Assembly: GCA_963676915.2 (NCBI GenBank)
Contig: CAXXVK010000001.1
Span: 66,328 to 130,327 of the forward strand
Direction of reading: 5' to 3'
DNA length: 64,000 bases
Source of the DNA: Myxococcota bacterium
GTDB taxonomy: Bacteria > Myxococcota_A > SURF-8 > G963663525
The translations under genes were made by a program, and so were the position numbers. Positions 39,997 to 48,603 of this stretch are shown here, one piece after another (within the stretch, counting starts at the first letter, position 1; each line of letters opens with the position of its first letter). The notes under the pieces were generated by a model. That model did not search any database and was not told the origin of the DNA. It worked only from the letters and a program-made list of their open reading frames with translations.

Positions 39997-41289
39997 TCAA
40001 GCCGCCGGGCGGTTGATCTGGTATTCCTTGATTTTTTTATACAGCGTGACGCGAGAGATTCCAAGAATCTCCGAGGCTCGCTTGATGTTCCAGTTGGTCA
40101 GCCGCAACATGCGTCGGATGTGCTGTTCCTCCACCTGTTGCAGAGTCATCGGCTTGACTTCCACGCGGTTGATTTTCTTCGTCACCGGATCGATGGGAAG
40201 ATAGGCTTCAAGATCCTTCGTGCTGATCAATTCGTCCCGGCTGGTGACCGCAACGCGACTGACGACGCTACCCAACTCAACAAGGTTGCCCGGCCAGTCG
40301 TAGGATTTGAGCAGAGAAAGGGATTCTTCGCTAAAAGCTTTCGCACTGGGGTCGCCGAATTCGTCCACACAGTATTTCCGCAGATAATCCACCGCCAGCA
40401 CGGGAATATCTTCCGGTCGTTCACGCAGCGAAGGAAGATTGATGGAAAACACGTTGAGACGATAGAAGAAATCCTCGCGGAATTCGCCGGTGTGCACGAG
40501 GTTTTCCAGAGACTGGGAACTGGCGGCGATCAATCGGACGTTGGCCTTCTGACTTCGCAAGCCACCGGCGCGGATGTAGGAACGCTCGGTAAGCAGGCGT
40601 AACATTTTCAACTGGTTGGCGGGAACCAGATGGTTGACTTCGTCGAGGAACAGCGAGCCGTTGGCGGCCTGTTCCAGAAAACCGGGTGCGGAAAGGGTTT
40701 CGTTCTCACGGTCGTCCGCACCGAACATTTCGTGATGGAATTGGTCCTGCGGCATCAGGCGACAGTTGACGGAAACGAACGGCTGGTTGGCGCGGGAGGA
40801 AAGCTCGTGGATGGCCTGGGCCACCTGTTCTTTTCCCGTGCCCGCTTCGCCGATGATCAAAACGGTGGAGTCGTAGCGAGAAACGGTGCGGATCAGCTCG
40901 AAGACGATTTTCATCTTCTCATCGACACCGATCATCCCGCCGAAAAATTTCTCGCGCACGGCGTGCAGGCTTTCCACCATGGGGCTGTTTTCGGACAACA
41001 ATTCCTGAATGGCTTCCAGCAGTCCCCCGCGGCCGCCGTCGACGAGACGATAGCCGTTGCCGCCGGGAATGACCAGTTCCTCGACCACTTCCTGCTCGAT
41101 CATCGGCCTCAAACAGGCGATGACGTCTTTGATGAGAATACCGGTGAGTTTGGAAAGATTCGAGGCGTTGAACACTCGAGAAGATTCCTTGCTGAACAGA
41201 GCCAGCAGATGCAGACGCAGTGGAGACTGCATCTGATGATACATCGTGGAACCTTTTTTCAGAATTTCAGTCCAGTTTTTTTCCGTCAT
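39997..41289 (-). CDS. NtrC/Fis-type AAA+ transcriptional regulator lacking GAFTGA
   Basis: GEAGTGKE, PFVSVNC, SLFLDEV, FREDFFYRLNV, YDWPGN, C-terminal HTH ASEILGISRVTLYKKIKEY. Confidence 0.88.
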   Translation of the reverse strand: MTEKNWTEILKKGSTMYHQMQSPLRLHLLALFSKESSRVFNASNLSKLTGILIKDVIACLRPMIEQEVVEELVIPGGNGYRLVDGGRGGLLEAIQELLSENSPMVESLHAVREKFFGGMIGVDEKMKIVFELIRTVSRYDSTVLIIGEAGTGKEQVAQAIHELSSRANQPFVSVNCRLMPQDQFHHEMFGADDRENETLSAPGFLEQAANGSLFLDEVNHLVPANQLKMLRLLTERSYIRAGGLRSQKANVRLIAASSQSLENLVHTGEFREDFFYRLNVFSINLPSLRERPEDIPVLAVDYLRKYCVDEFGDPSAKAFSEESLSLLKSYDWPGNLVELGSVVSRVAVTSRDELISTKDLEAYLPIDPVTKKINRVEVKPMTLQQVEEQHIRRMLRLTNWNIKRASEILGISRVTLYKKIKEYQINRPAA

Positions 41290-41774
41290 GATATTCTTTT
41301 TTAAGTTATTGAACGAATTGTAGTAAAATTTCGAACCCCTCGTTAATATATTTAACAAAAACCAAAAGGAAAGTCAATATTTCGTCAAGTTATTCAAAGG
41401 TTTGTCTTTTCCAAATTTTAACGGTTCTATCAATTGGTTTTCCTTTTGTGTTTGTTTTGTTTTCAAGTAGCATAAGTTTATCAACTAACTGGTATTAATA
41501 AACTGTACTTTTACATCTTTTTTTACAACGGTATTTCATAAAATGATCGTACTCCCGTTGTGTTAATGTTTAGAAAATGAATCCTCGTCCGTCTTTGCGT
41601 GAAGTGGTGCCGGGACAGAACGAAACGAATTCCGAAGATTGGACGATTGACATTTTCCGTTCGGAAAATTATCCTTGATTTTATAGACGGGAAGTAATTT
41701 TCTGTAGAATATCCTATCGTTTCCTTGTCGGTGTATAAAAAGAGTCGTTTGTTTCGAACCGAAAAGGGGAGGCT

Positions 41775-42560
41775 ATGGCCCAGCTCGTCGTTGAATTTGA
41801 ATCCGAAACCCTATTCGCCATTACGCTCGAACCCGGGCGGGAGTACTTTATCGGTCGCAGTTCTCAAACCGATATTGTTTTAAGCGACACCTCCGTGTCG
41901 CGCCATCATGCCATGCTTTTTCAGCAGATGGGCGATTGGGTGGTCGAAAATCAGTCCAAAACCAATCAGACGTACGTAAACGGCAAAGCCATCGATCGCA
42001 CGGTGCTTCACGACGGGGATCAAGCGACGATCGGACGCTATACCGTGAAATTCAAAGAACTGGCGGATGCGGATGCGTTTTCGGCCCAGAGCACGGCGGT
42101 GGATTTCGGATCTTCCCCTTCCATTGCCAGCCAGAAAACCACGGTGCTGAAAATGGAGGAATTCGTCAAAGGCGAGGATAATCCTTTCGAGAAAACGTCG
42201 ATGATCCAGGACGATCAGCTTGAAGAGATTCGCAAGCAGATCCGTGAACGCGCCAAGCCGCATTTTCAGGCGCTGACCTATATGGAAAAATATCGCTATC
42301 CGATGCAAAAGGACAGCATGGTTTTAGGCAGCGATCCAAACGCGGACATTCATTTCGAGGGAGGGAAATTCCTCAAGGAAATCGAGATCGTTGTGGAACG
42401 GCAGGACGACGGATACATTGTCGAGCACCGCAAAGGGCTGGGGTCGATGTACATCAACGATGAGAAAATCGGCAAAAATGCTCCCCATGCCATCCAAGGA
42501 GGCGATGTCCTGAAAATCGGACCCCATAAACTCAAATTCGTCATGAAGACTGCCAAGTAA
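41775..42560 (+). CDS. Dual FHA-domain protein
   Basis: IGRS...SVSRHHA...N.TYVNG (canonical FHA); degenerate second FHA LGSD...MYINDE...GDVLKIG. Confidence 0.85.
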   Translation: MAQLVVEFESETLFAITLEPGREYFIGRSSQTDIVLSDTSVSRHHAMLFQQMGDWVVENQSKTNQTYVNGKAIDRTVLHDGDQATIGRYTVKFKELADADAFSAQSTAVDFGSSPSIASQKTTVLKMEEFVKGEDNPFEKTSMIQDDQLEEIRKQIRERAKPHFQALTYMEKYRYPMQKDSMVLGSDPNADIHFEGGKFLKEIEIVVERQDDGYIVEHRKGLGSMYINDEKIGKNAPHAIQGGDVLKIGPHKLKFVMKTAK

Positions 42561-42565
42561 AGGGT

Positions 42566-42632
42566 GGCCGGGTGATTTTCACCCGAAAATTTTGAAAAAG
42601 ACCATGGGTGTCGGGTGAAATCACAGTCGACA
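42566..42632. repeat. Degenerate family B REPs
   Basis: CGGGTGATTTTCACCCG and TGTCGGGTGAAATCAC. Confidence 0.5.
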
Positions 42633-42669
42633 CGATTTTTCCTACAAAAACGTCACACTCCTCGAAGTC

Positions 42670-42871
42670 GGGTGCATCACAAAATAGTGCGACTTTCGTA
42701 AAATCCTCTTTTTTCGTAGCGGCGAGGCGTAAGCCCGCCGTTTTTGCCTTTTGAAAGTTGCTTTTACGCCCCCAATCTCCCTTTTCGGCGGGCTTACGCC
42801 TCGCCGCTACAACCAAATGAATGAATGCTTCAATACTATTGGGCCAATTCGCACCATTTTGTGATGCACCT
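42670..42871. mobile_element. MITE copy 3 with perfect 9-bp TSD
   Basis: CTCGAAGTC | GGGTGCATCACAAAAT...ATTTTGTGATGCACCT | CTCGAAGTC. Confidence 0.92.
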
Positions 42872-43390
42872 CTCGAAGTCGGATTGGCCTGAGAAGATTG
42901 GACATTTTTCGGCTGCTCTGTTATGATATTACGGTATTGGTAAGAGCCTATTTCAGTAGAATGAATCGAACCGGATAGCCGATGGACGAACGTGGTGCGG
43001 TGCGACATCTAGTCTTACCGGTCGTAAGGCGGGAAAAAGCCACAAAACCACGGAAAAGCTATCGGAAGTCGCGGGGCGGGAGATTTTCTGGAACAGGCTA
43101 TTGAAAAAGTGTACTGTCAAACAGGGTTTTTCTGCGATATTTCGTGACGAGAATCGAAAAGGTGAATTATTTTGTGTGGAGACGATTTTCGAAAGTTCCG
43201 TTTTTCGGAAATACGAGAAAATCGTTCCATTCGCAAAAGATCTTCGATTTTCGGTCAAAATCGGATATCAATAAAAGATCCGAGAATCTACGTTTCATGA
43301 CGAAGTTCTTCAGGCAATTTCGTCTCAGCTTGGGGTTTACGTCCACCATCGATCGATCGCGCTCCACATCCGTGGCGTAAGGAGTTGAAT

Positions 43391-45733
43391 ATGCCGTTTA
43401 TGTGTCTCTTGTCCCCCGATCAATCCTCGGGGGGGACGATCACCCTTCCTAAGGAACTTTCCGTTCTGGCTTCCGAATTCGTTATCGCAACCCGAGCGAT
43501 GGCCGTGGCGTTGAGCATGTATCCGCCGGGATCGGCTGCCGTGAAAAATTCCGCAAGCAAGGTTTCCGATGTATTGTCGAGGCTTTTCGAACACGTAAAC
43601 AGCATCACCTTCAGTGAAACTCAGGGAATGCTGCTGGTCGATGGCAAACATATGGACGAAAAGGATTCCAAACGGGATCCGGTGGTGGATTTTCTGCATT
43701 CCATCATGGAACGCAACATCAAAAGCATCACCTACAAAAAGGGTACAGGTGACGAAGAGTTGATTCAGTTCAACTCGTTGCTGTCTCTAAAACCCTCCGA
43801 GATGGGAAATTTAGGTGATCTCAACCGTCACCTGTCTTCGCTTGGCGTACGCAACATTACGGTAGACGCTCAGGTGTACTCGGCTGTCGAAGAAGAGGAC
43901 ATCAAAGACGAATTGCGGGAGGCTACGAAAAATTCCGTGACCCTCACAAGGGAGGACTACGAGAAATACAAAGCGATTTTCGATGATTACGAGCAATTGC
44001 GTTCCCTGATCGACGGATTTTTGGGCGAATTCCTCGATGAAGAGGAAAACCTCGACGGGGTGGACCGTCTGGACAAGATGAGGGATATTTTCAGTCGCAT
44101 CGGCAGCGTTTACAAAATCACCCAGACCGATCAGGAAGGTTCCGATATGGTGGCCGCCGTGCGTCAGAGTATGGCCCGGCTCGATCCCAAAGACGTCGCC
44201 GTAACCACCATCGACCAGCTCGGCCAGCCCGACGAACTGTCCAAGCGGGTACTCAGCGAAGATTTCATCGATGATTACGGTGAAAACAAATCCCTCGATC
44301 TGGCAAAAGCCATGCTGGATCATGCTTACGAATCCAGCGTCGAATTGCCCGCCATGCCGCGCAGCGAGTTGCAACGCAAGGTCGGTGGAATGCGCGAAGG
44401 CATCAAGTTCATCGTGAAAGCCACGAAAGACCGGGACAACTTCCCGGAAATCGGCAAGAAACTGCTTGAATCGGGAGTAGCCAAAGGAAAATTCGCCGAG
44501 CAGATTCAACAGCGCATCACCTATCACGAAAAACGTCGTCAAATCAAAGACATGCTCAAGATCGTTCTCGAAGACGGCAGTATCAGCACCACCGGTCTTC
44601 GAATGAGTGTGGCCAACCTGGAGAAGTTCCCGGAGAAAATGTACAGCCAGGTCGAATCCGAAATGAAAACAGGGATGCCATCCTTGCTCGATCTGCCGGA
44701 AGCTTCCATAATGGTGGACAAGTTGAAAGACATCCTCGGCAACGAAACCGAGCCGTCTCCCCGATTCGAAACCTATCTTTCCATAGCCACAAGTTTCACC
44801 CGTGAAGCGTTGCGACACGCCCGGATGGATCTTTCGCTGCCGATGGTGGAATTCTGGATGGAATTCGCCAAGGAAGGCAGCGTCAAGCCGCCGGATCTCC
44901 AACGTGCGGTCACTTCGAAAATGGCGGATATTTTCGACGAGGAAGTCCTCACCGTACTGGTAGCGCACTTGCCCCAACTCAAAGGGGAAAACCTGGATCG
45001 TTTTACCTCCATCTGCGAAGTGGCGACGGATTACCTTCTGCAACCTCTGTTCGCTCAACTAAAAGCCAGCGAGGATCGGCGAGTCCGTTCGGCTTTGCTC
45101 AAGTTATTGCCGCAGATGGGACCGGAAGTGATTTCGCTGGCGAAAAGCGAAATCGCCGAAGAAGACAACCAATGGTACGTGATGCGCAACATGGCGCTGT
45201 TGATCGTCGAAACCGGCGAGTCTTACGACGTGCAGGATATTCTGCATTTAATGGATCACGAAGACGCTCGGGTCCGTAAAGAAGTCCTCAAGGGTGCACA
45301 GAAATACCCTGAAGAAGAATTCGAAGATGTTCTGACCAAGGGTATGAACGACAGCGATTCGGCCAACAAGCGGCTGGCGATTTCTTTGTTGGGAAGCAAA
45401 AAAGACCCCAAAGCGGTTCCGCTGTTGGGCGAGATTCTCGCCAAGCGCACCAAAGTACAAAAAGAAGAGCCAGAACCGGTACAACTCGAAGCGATCAACG
45501 CACTTGTCAAAATCGGAACGCCTGACTGTGTGGATCTCCTGATCGATGTGGCCACCAAAGAAGGATTGCTTGGAACCAAGCAGTCCAAACCCGTTCCGGT
45601 TCGTGCCAAAGCGTGTATGGCTTTGGGACAATTGGGGAACCCCAAAGCCAAAGACACGCTGACCAAAGCCGCCAAAGATTCTGCGGCGGATGTGGCGCAA
45701 ACCGCCAAAATGGCGTTGCAGCGTTTGAAGTAA
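43391..45733 (+). CDS. HEAT-repeat protein, paralogue 1
   Basis: RBS TAAGGAG before ATG 43391; MYPPGS; WYVMRN, DARVRKE, VRAKACMALGQLG repeats. Confidence 0.8.
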   Translation: MPFMCLLSPDQSSGGTITLPKELSVLASEFVIATRAMAVALSMYPPGSAAVKNSASKVSDVLSRLFEHVNSITFSETQGMLLVDGKHMDEKDSKRDPVVDFLHSIMERNIKSITYKKGTGDEELIQFNSLLSLKPSEMGNLGDLNRHLSSLGVRNITVDAQVYSAVEEEDIKDELREATKNSVTLTREDYEKYKAIFDDYEQLRSLIDGFLGEFLDEEENLDGVDRLDKMRDIFSRIGSVYKITQTDQEGSDMVAAVRQSMARLDPKDVAVTTIDQLGQPDELSKRVLSEDFIDDYGENKSLDLAKAMLDHAYESSVELPAMPRSELQRKVGGMREGIKFIVKATKDRDNFPEIGKKLLESGVAKGKFAEQIQQRITYHEKRRQIKDMLKIVLEDGSISTTGLRMSVANLEKFPEKMYSQVESEMKTGMPSLLDLPEASIMVDKLKDILGNETEPSPRFETYLSIATSFTREALRHARMDLSLPMVEFWMEFAKEGSVKPPDLQRAVTSKMADIFDEEVLTVLVAHLPQLKGENLDRFTSICEVATDYLLQPLFAQLKASEDRRVRSALLKLLPQMGPEVISLAKSEIAEEDNQWYVMRNMALLIVETGESYDVQDILHLMDHEDARVRKEVLKGAQKYPEEEFEDVLTKGMNDSDSANKRLAISLLGSKKDPKAVPLLGEILAKRTKVQKEEPEPVQLEAINALVKIGTPDCVDLLIDVATKEGLLGTKQSKPVPVRAKACMALGQLGNPKAKDTLTKAAKDSAADVAQTAKMALQRLK

Positions 45734-45931
45734 GCTCCGCTCAGGCGGATTTTCGTACGATTGTCGAAGCGATGGGGGAAAACCGTGACCGCAGATGCAT
45801 CGACGCAAACCTTTTTTTATGCCAGGCAGCAAAAAAGTCCGCACACTTTTAGGCACTCGAACTATTCATGCGAAGAGGATCTTTGCCGGATGAACCTCAC
45901 CGGCGAAGTGCGTTCGACAACCCCGTAATTC

Positions 45932-48298
45932 GTGGAAAGACCGCCCATGTCGTCCAAGCATTTGTCCGAAGAAGAACCCAAGCAGCGCGTATCCACCATT
46001 CTCGATAAGGAGACGTCGGAAATCGTTGCCGATGTCGTTTCCGCCATGCGGGCGATGCTCAGTTCCATGGGCATGTATCCTCCTGGGTCCGCGACGGTCA
46101 AAGCCGCTGCGGAAAAGGTTTTGCACGAATTCGAAACTCTTTTCGAAAAACTTCCTTCCGTACGTCTGAGCGAATCCCAGGGGCGATTGCTCGTCGATGC
46201 CAAAAACATACACGAACGCTTTCGGAAAAAAGAAAACGTCCTTCGTTTAGCCGAAGATATGTCCAACCTGGGTTTCCAAACCATCATGTTTCGTGAAGGG
46301 ACGACACCGGAAGAGATTATTCAGTTGATGACGCTGATGTCGATGGACGACACCAGCCTTTCGGAGGTGCCTTCGTTTGAAGAGTATTTCGCCGTGCACG
46401 GGGTGGAGCACATCGAAATCATCGAGCGTTCGTTCATGGAGGCGGACCAGTTCGAAATGACGGCGCGGGAGGAGTTGATCCGTTCCCTCACCTCTGAGGC
46501 GGGTTTCGACCCCAACAATTTCGACTACGAAAATTTCAAGGAAGTCCTCAACGACGCGGCCCAGATGAAAGAAGTGATGGCCGAGCTGGTGCCGAAATTC
46601 GAAGAAGAACAGCAACTTTCGCGCAAGGAAAAAGTGGAGAAAATGCGCGAGTCGCTCGAACATGTCGGCAACCTGTTGGAGGTTACCCAGACCGACGAAG
46701 AACGGGCTAACGTACTGAATTCATTGCGTGAGGAGTTGGCGAAATTCGAATCCGAAGACATCGCCGCCGTGATTCTCGATCAGGTGGAGAAACCCAACGA
46801 GCTTTCCACGCTGCTTTTGAACGATGAATTTCCCATACAGGTCGGTGAGGAAAAGACGCTGGGAATCATCGACCATCTGGTCAATCAGATCGAGGAATTG
46901 AGCGGCGAAATGACCGGTATGGCTCCCGCCGAACAGGAAAGCAAAATCGGGGCGGTTCGCGAAGCGGTCAAATTCATGGTGCAGGCAACGAGCAACAACG
47001 ATATTTTTCCGCAAGTCGGCAAACGATTGATCGAAAGCGGCATTATCAAAGGAAAACTGGCCCAGCAGGTGCAGCGGCAGGTGATTTATCACGAAAAACG
47101 CCTGCGAGCCAAAGAACTGGCCCGGATTCGCATGGACGACGATACCATCAACGAAACCGGCTTGACCATCACCGTGCGCAACTTCGAGCGGTTCAACGAA
47201 AAGAAACTGCTGGAAGTTCACGACGATCTGGTGTTCGCCATGCCTACGCTGGCGAAAATGGTGATCGTCTCGGAATTCGTGCTCAAAACCTGCGAGCGCC
47301 TGCAAGAAGAGAAGATGCCATCGGAAACGTTGAACAGCCTGATGGAGCTTGCCCATCATCTCGCAATTCAACTGATCCATGCCAAAAACTATCGGCCTGC
47401 GATCAAAGTGCTCTCCACGTTGAACGATCTGGCTTCGAACGACAAAGGGATGCCGCCGATCGTCAAAAAAGCCTCGGCCATGCTGGCGAAAATCAGCGAT
47501 GACGAACTGCTGGACCACATTCTTAAGGTGCTTGTCGAGGGCGGGGAGCAGTCTTTCGAATCGATGGTGATGATTACCGAACTGTTATCGAAAACTCTGC
47601 TGCCGAAGCTGTTCGACACGCTCAAAACCACCGAAGATCGTAAAAAACGGCTGGCTATCCTGAAAATGCTGCCTCGGATGGGTCTGGATGTGCTGACGCT
47701 GGCCAAGGACGAGTTGGCCAAAACCGACAATGAATGGTACGTGATCCGCAATATGATTCTGCTTGTGGGAGAGTTGGGAGCGGAAACGGAAGTCGAACTT
47801 CTCCAGCCGTTTTTGACCCACGCCGATGCACGGGTACGGTACGAAGCCATCAAAGGCAGTTACGCCAAAATGGGAGGAAAAGCCCTGGATTTCCTCACAA
47901 GTTACGTTCATGACGAAGATTTGTCCATCAAGCGCCTGGTGATTTCCCTGTTCGGCGAGATGAAAATGAAACGCAGCGAGCCGGTGCTGGCGCAGATTCT
48001 GGAGAAACGGACGAAAGTCCAGAAGGAAGAAGAAGACGGCTTGCAAATCGACGCGATCAACGCCCTGTTGAAAATCGGCGGGCCCAACGCCGGAAGCCTG
48101 CTGATGGAAGTGGCCAAGAAAGAAGGGTTGTTGTCCACGAAAACCACCAAGCCCGATTCCGTTCGGGCGAAAGCCTGCCTGGCACTGGGTCAGCTCGGCG
48201 ACAAACGAGCCTTACCGATCCTCAAAAAAGCGAGCAAGGATTCCAACGAGGAAGTCGCCACTGCCGCCAAGGCCGCCGTTTCCCGATTGGGAGGATAA
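45932..48298 (+). CDS. HEAT-repeat protein, paralogue 2
   Basis: MYPPGS; WYVIRN, DARVRYE, VRAKACLALGQLG; collinear with the upstream gene over its full length. Confidence 0.8.
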   Translation: MERPPMSSKHLSEEEPKQRVSTILDKETSEIVADVVSAMRAMLSSMGMYPPGSATVKAAAEKVLHEFETLFEKLPSVRLSESQGRLLVDAKNIHERFRKKENVLRLAEDMSNLGFQTIMFREGTTPEEIIQLMTLMSMDDTSLSEVPSFEEYFAVHGVEHIEIIERSFMEADQFEMTAREELIRSLTSEAGFDPNNFDYENFKEVLNDAAQMKEVMAELVPKFEEEQQLSRKEKVEKMRESLEHVGNLLEVTQTDEERANVLNSLREELAKFESEDIAAVILDQVEKPNELSTLLLNDEFPIQVGEEKTLGIIDHLVNQIEELSGEMTGMAPAEQESKIGAVREAVKFMVQATSNNDIFPQVGKRLIESGIIKGKLAQQVQRQVIYHEKRLRAKELARIRMDDDTINETGLTITVRNFERFNEKKLLEVHDDLVFAMPTLAKMVIVSEFVLKTCERLQEEKMPSETLNSLMELAHHLAIQLIHAKNYRPAIKVLSTLNDLASNDKGMPPIVKKASAMLAKISDDELLDHILKVLVEGGEQSFESMVMITELLSKTLLPKLFDTLKTTEDRKKRLAILKMLPRMGLDVLTLAKDELAKTDNEWYVIRNMILLVGELGAETEVELLQPFLTHADARVRYEAIKGSYAKMGGKALDFLTSYVHDEDLSIKRLVISLFGEMKMKRSEPVLAQILEKRTKVQKEEEDGLQIDAINALLKIGGPNAGSLLMEVAKKEGLLSTKTTKPDSVRAKACLALGQLGDKRALPILKKASKDSNEEVATAAKAAVSRLGG

Positions 48299-48368
48299 AC
48301 CACGAAAAATAGTGGGTTATCCAGTGGAAAATTACAAAGTATGTGGCGTAGTAATCGGTCGTCTCTGA

Positions 48369-48566
48369 GATGTAGCAGGATTGTATCCCAATGCAGTTGA
48401 CTTAGAGCTTATTTGTGGGTGCCACGGTCTTCGATTCGAAGAATCGATGGCCGTGCAATCTATTGGAATCTCACGGCCATCGCCCTCCGGGCAAAGACCG
48501 TGCCACCCACCTGAAAACAGTTTTTTCACGTCAGTCAACTGCATTGGGATTGGTTCCTGCTCCATC
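48369..48566. repeat. ~200-bp nested inverted-repeat (REPIN-like) element
   Basis: Outer arms ATCCCAATGCAGTTGACT/AGTCAACTGCATTGGGAT, middle GTGGGTGCCACGGTCTT/AAGACCGTGCCACCCAC, inner CGATGGCCGTG/CACGGCCATCG. Confidence 0.7.
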
Positions 48567-48603
48567 GTTAAATGTATTTGTTACTACCCTGAAAAGGAAC
48601 GTT

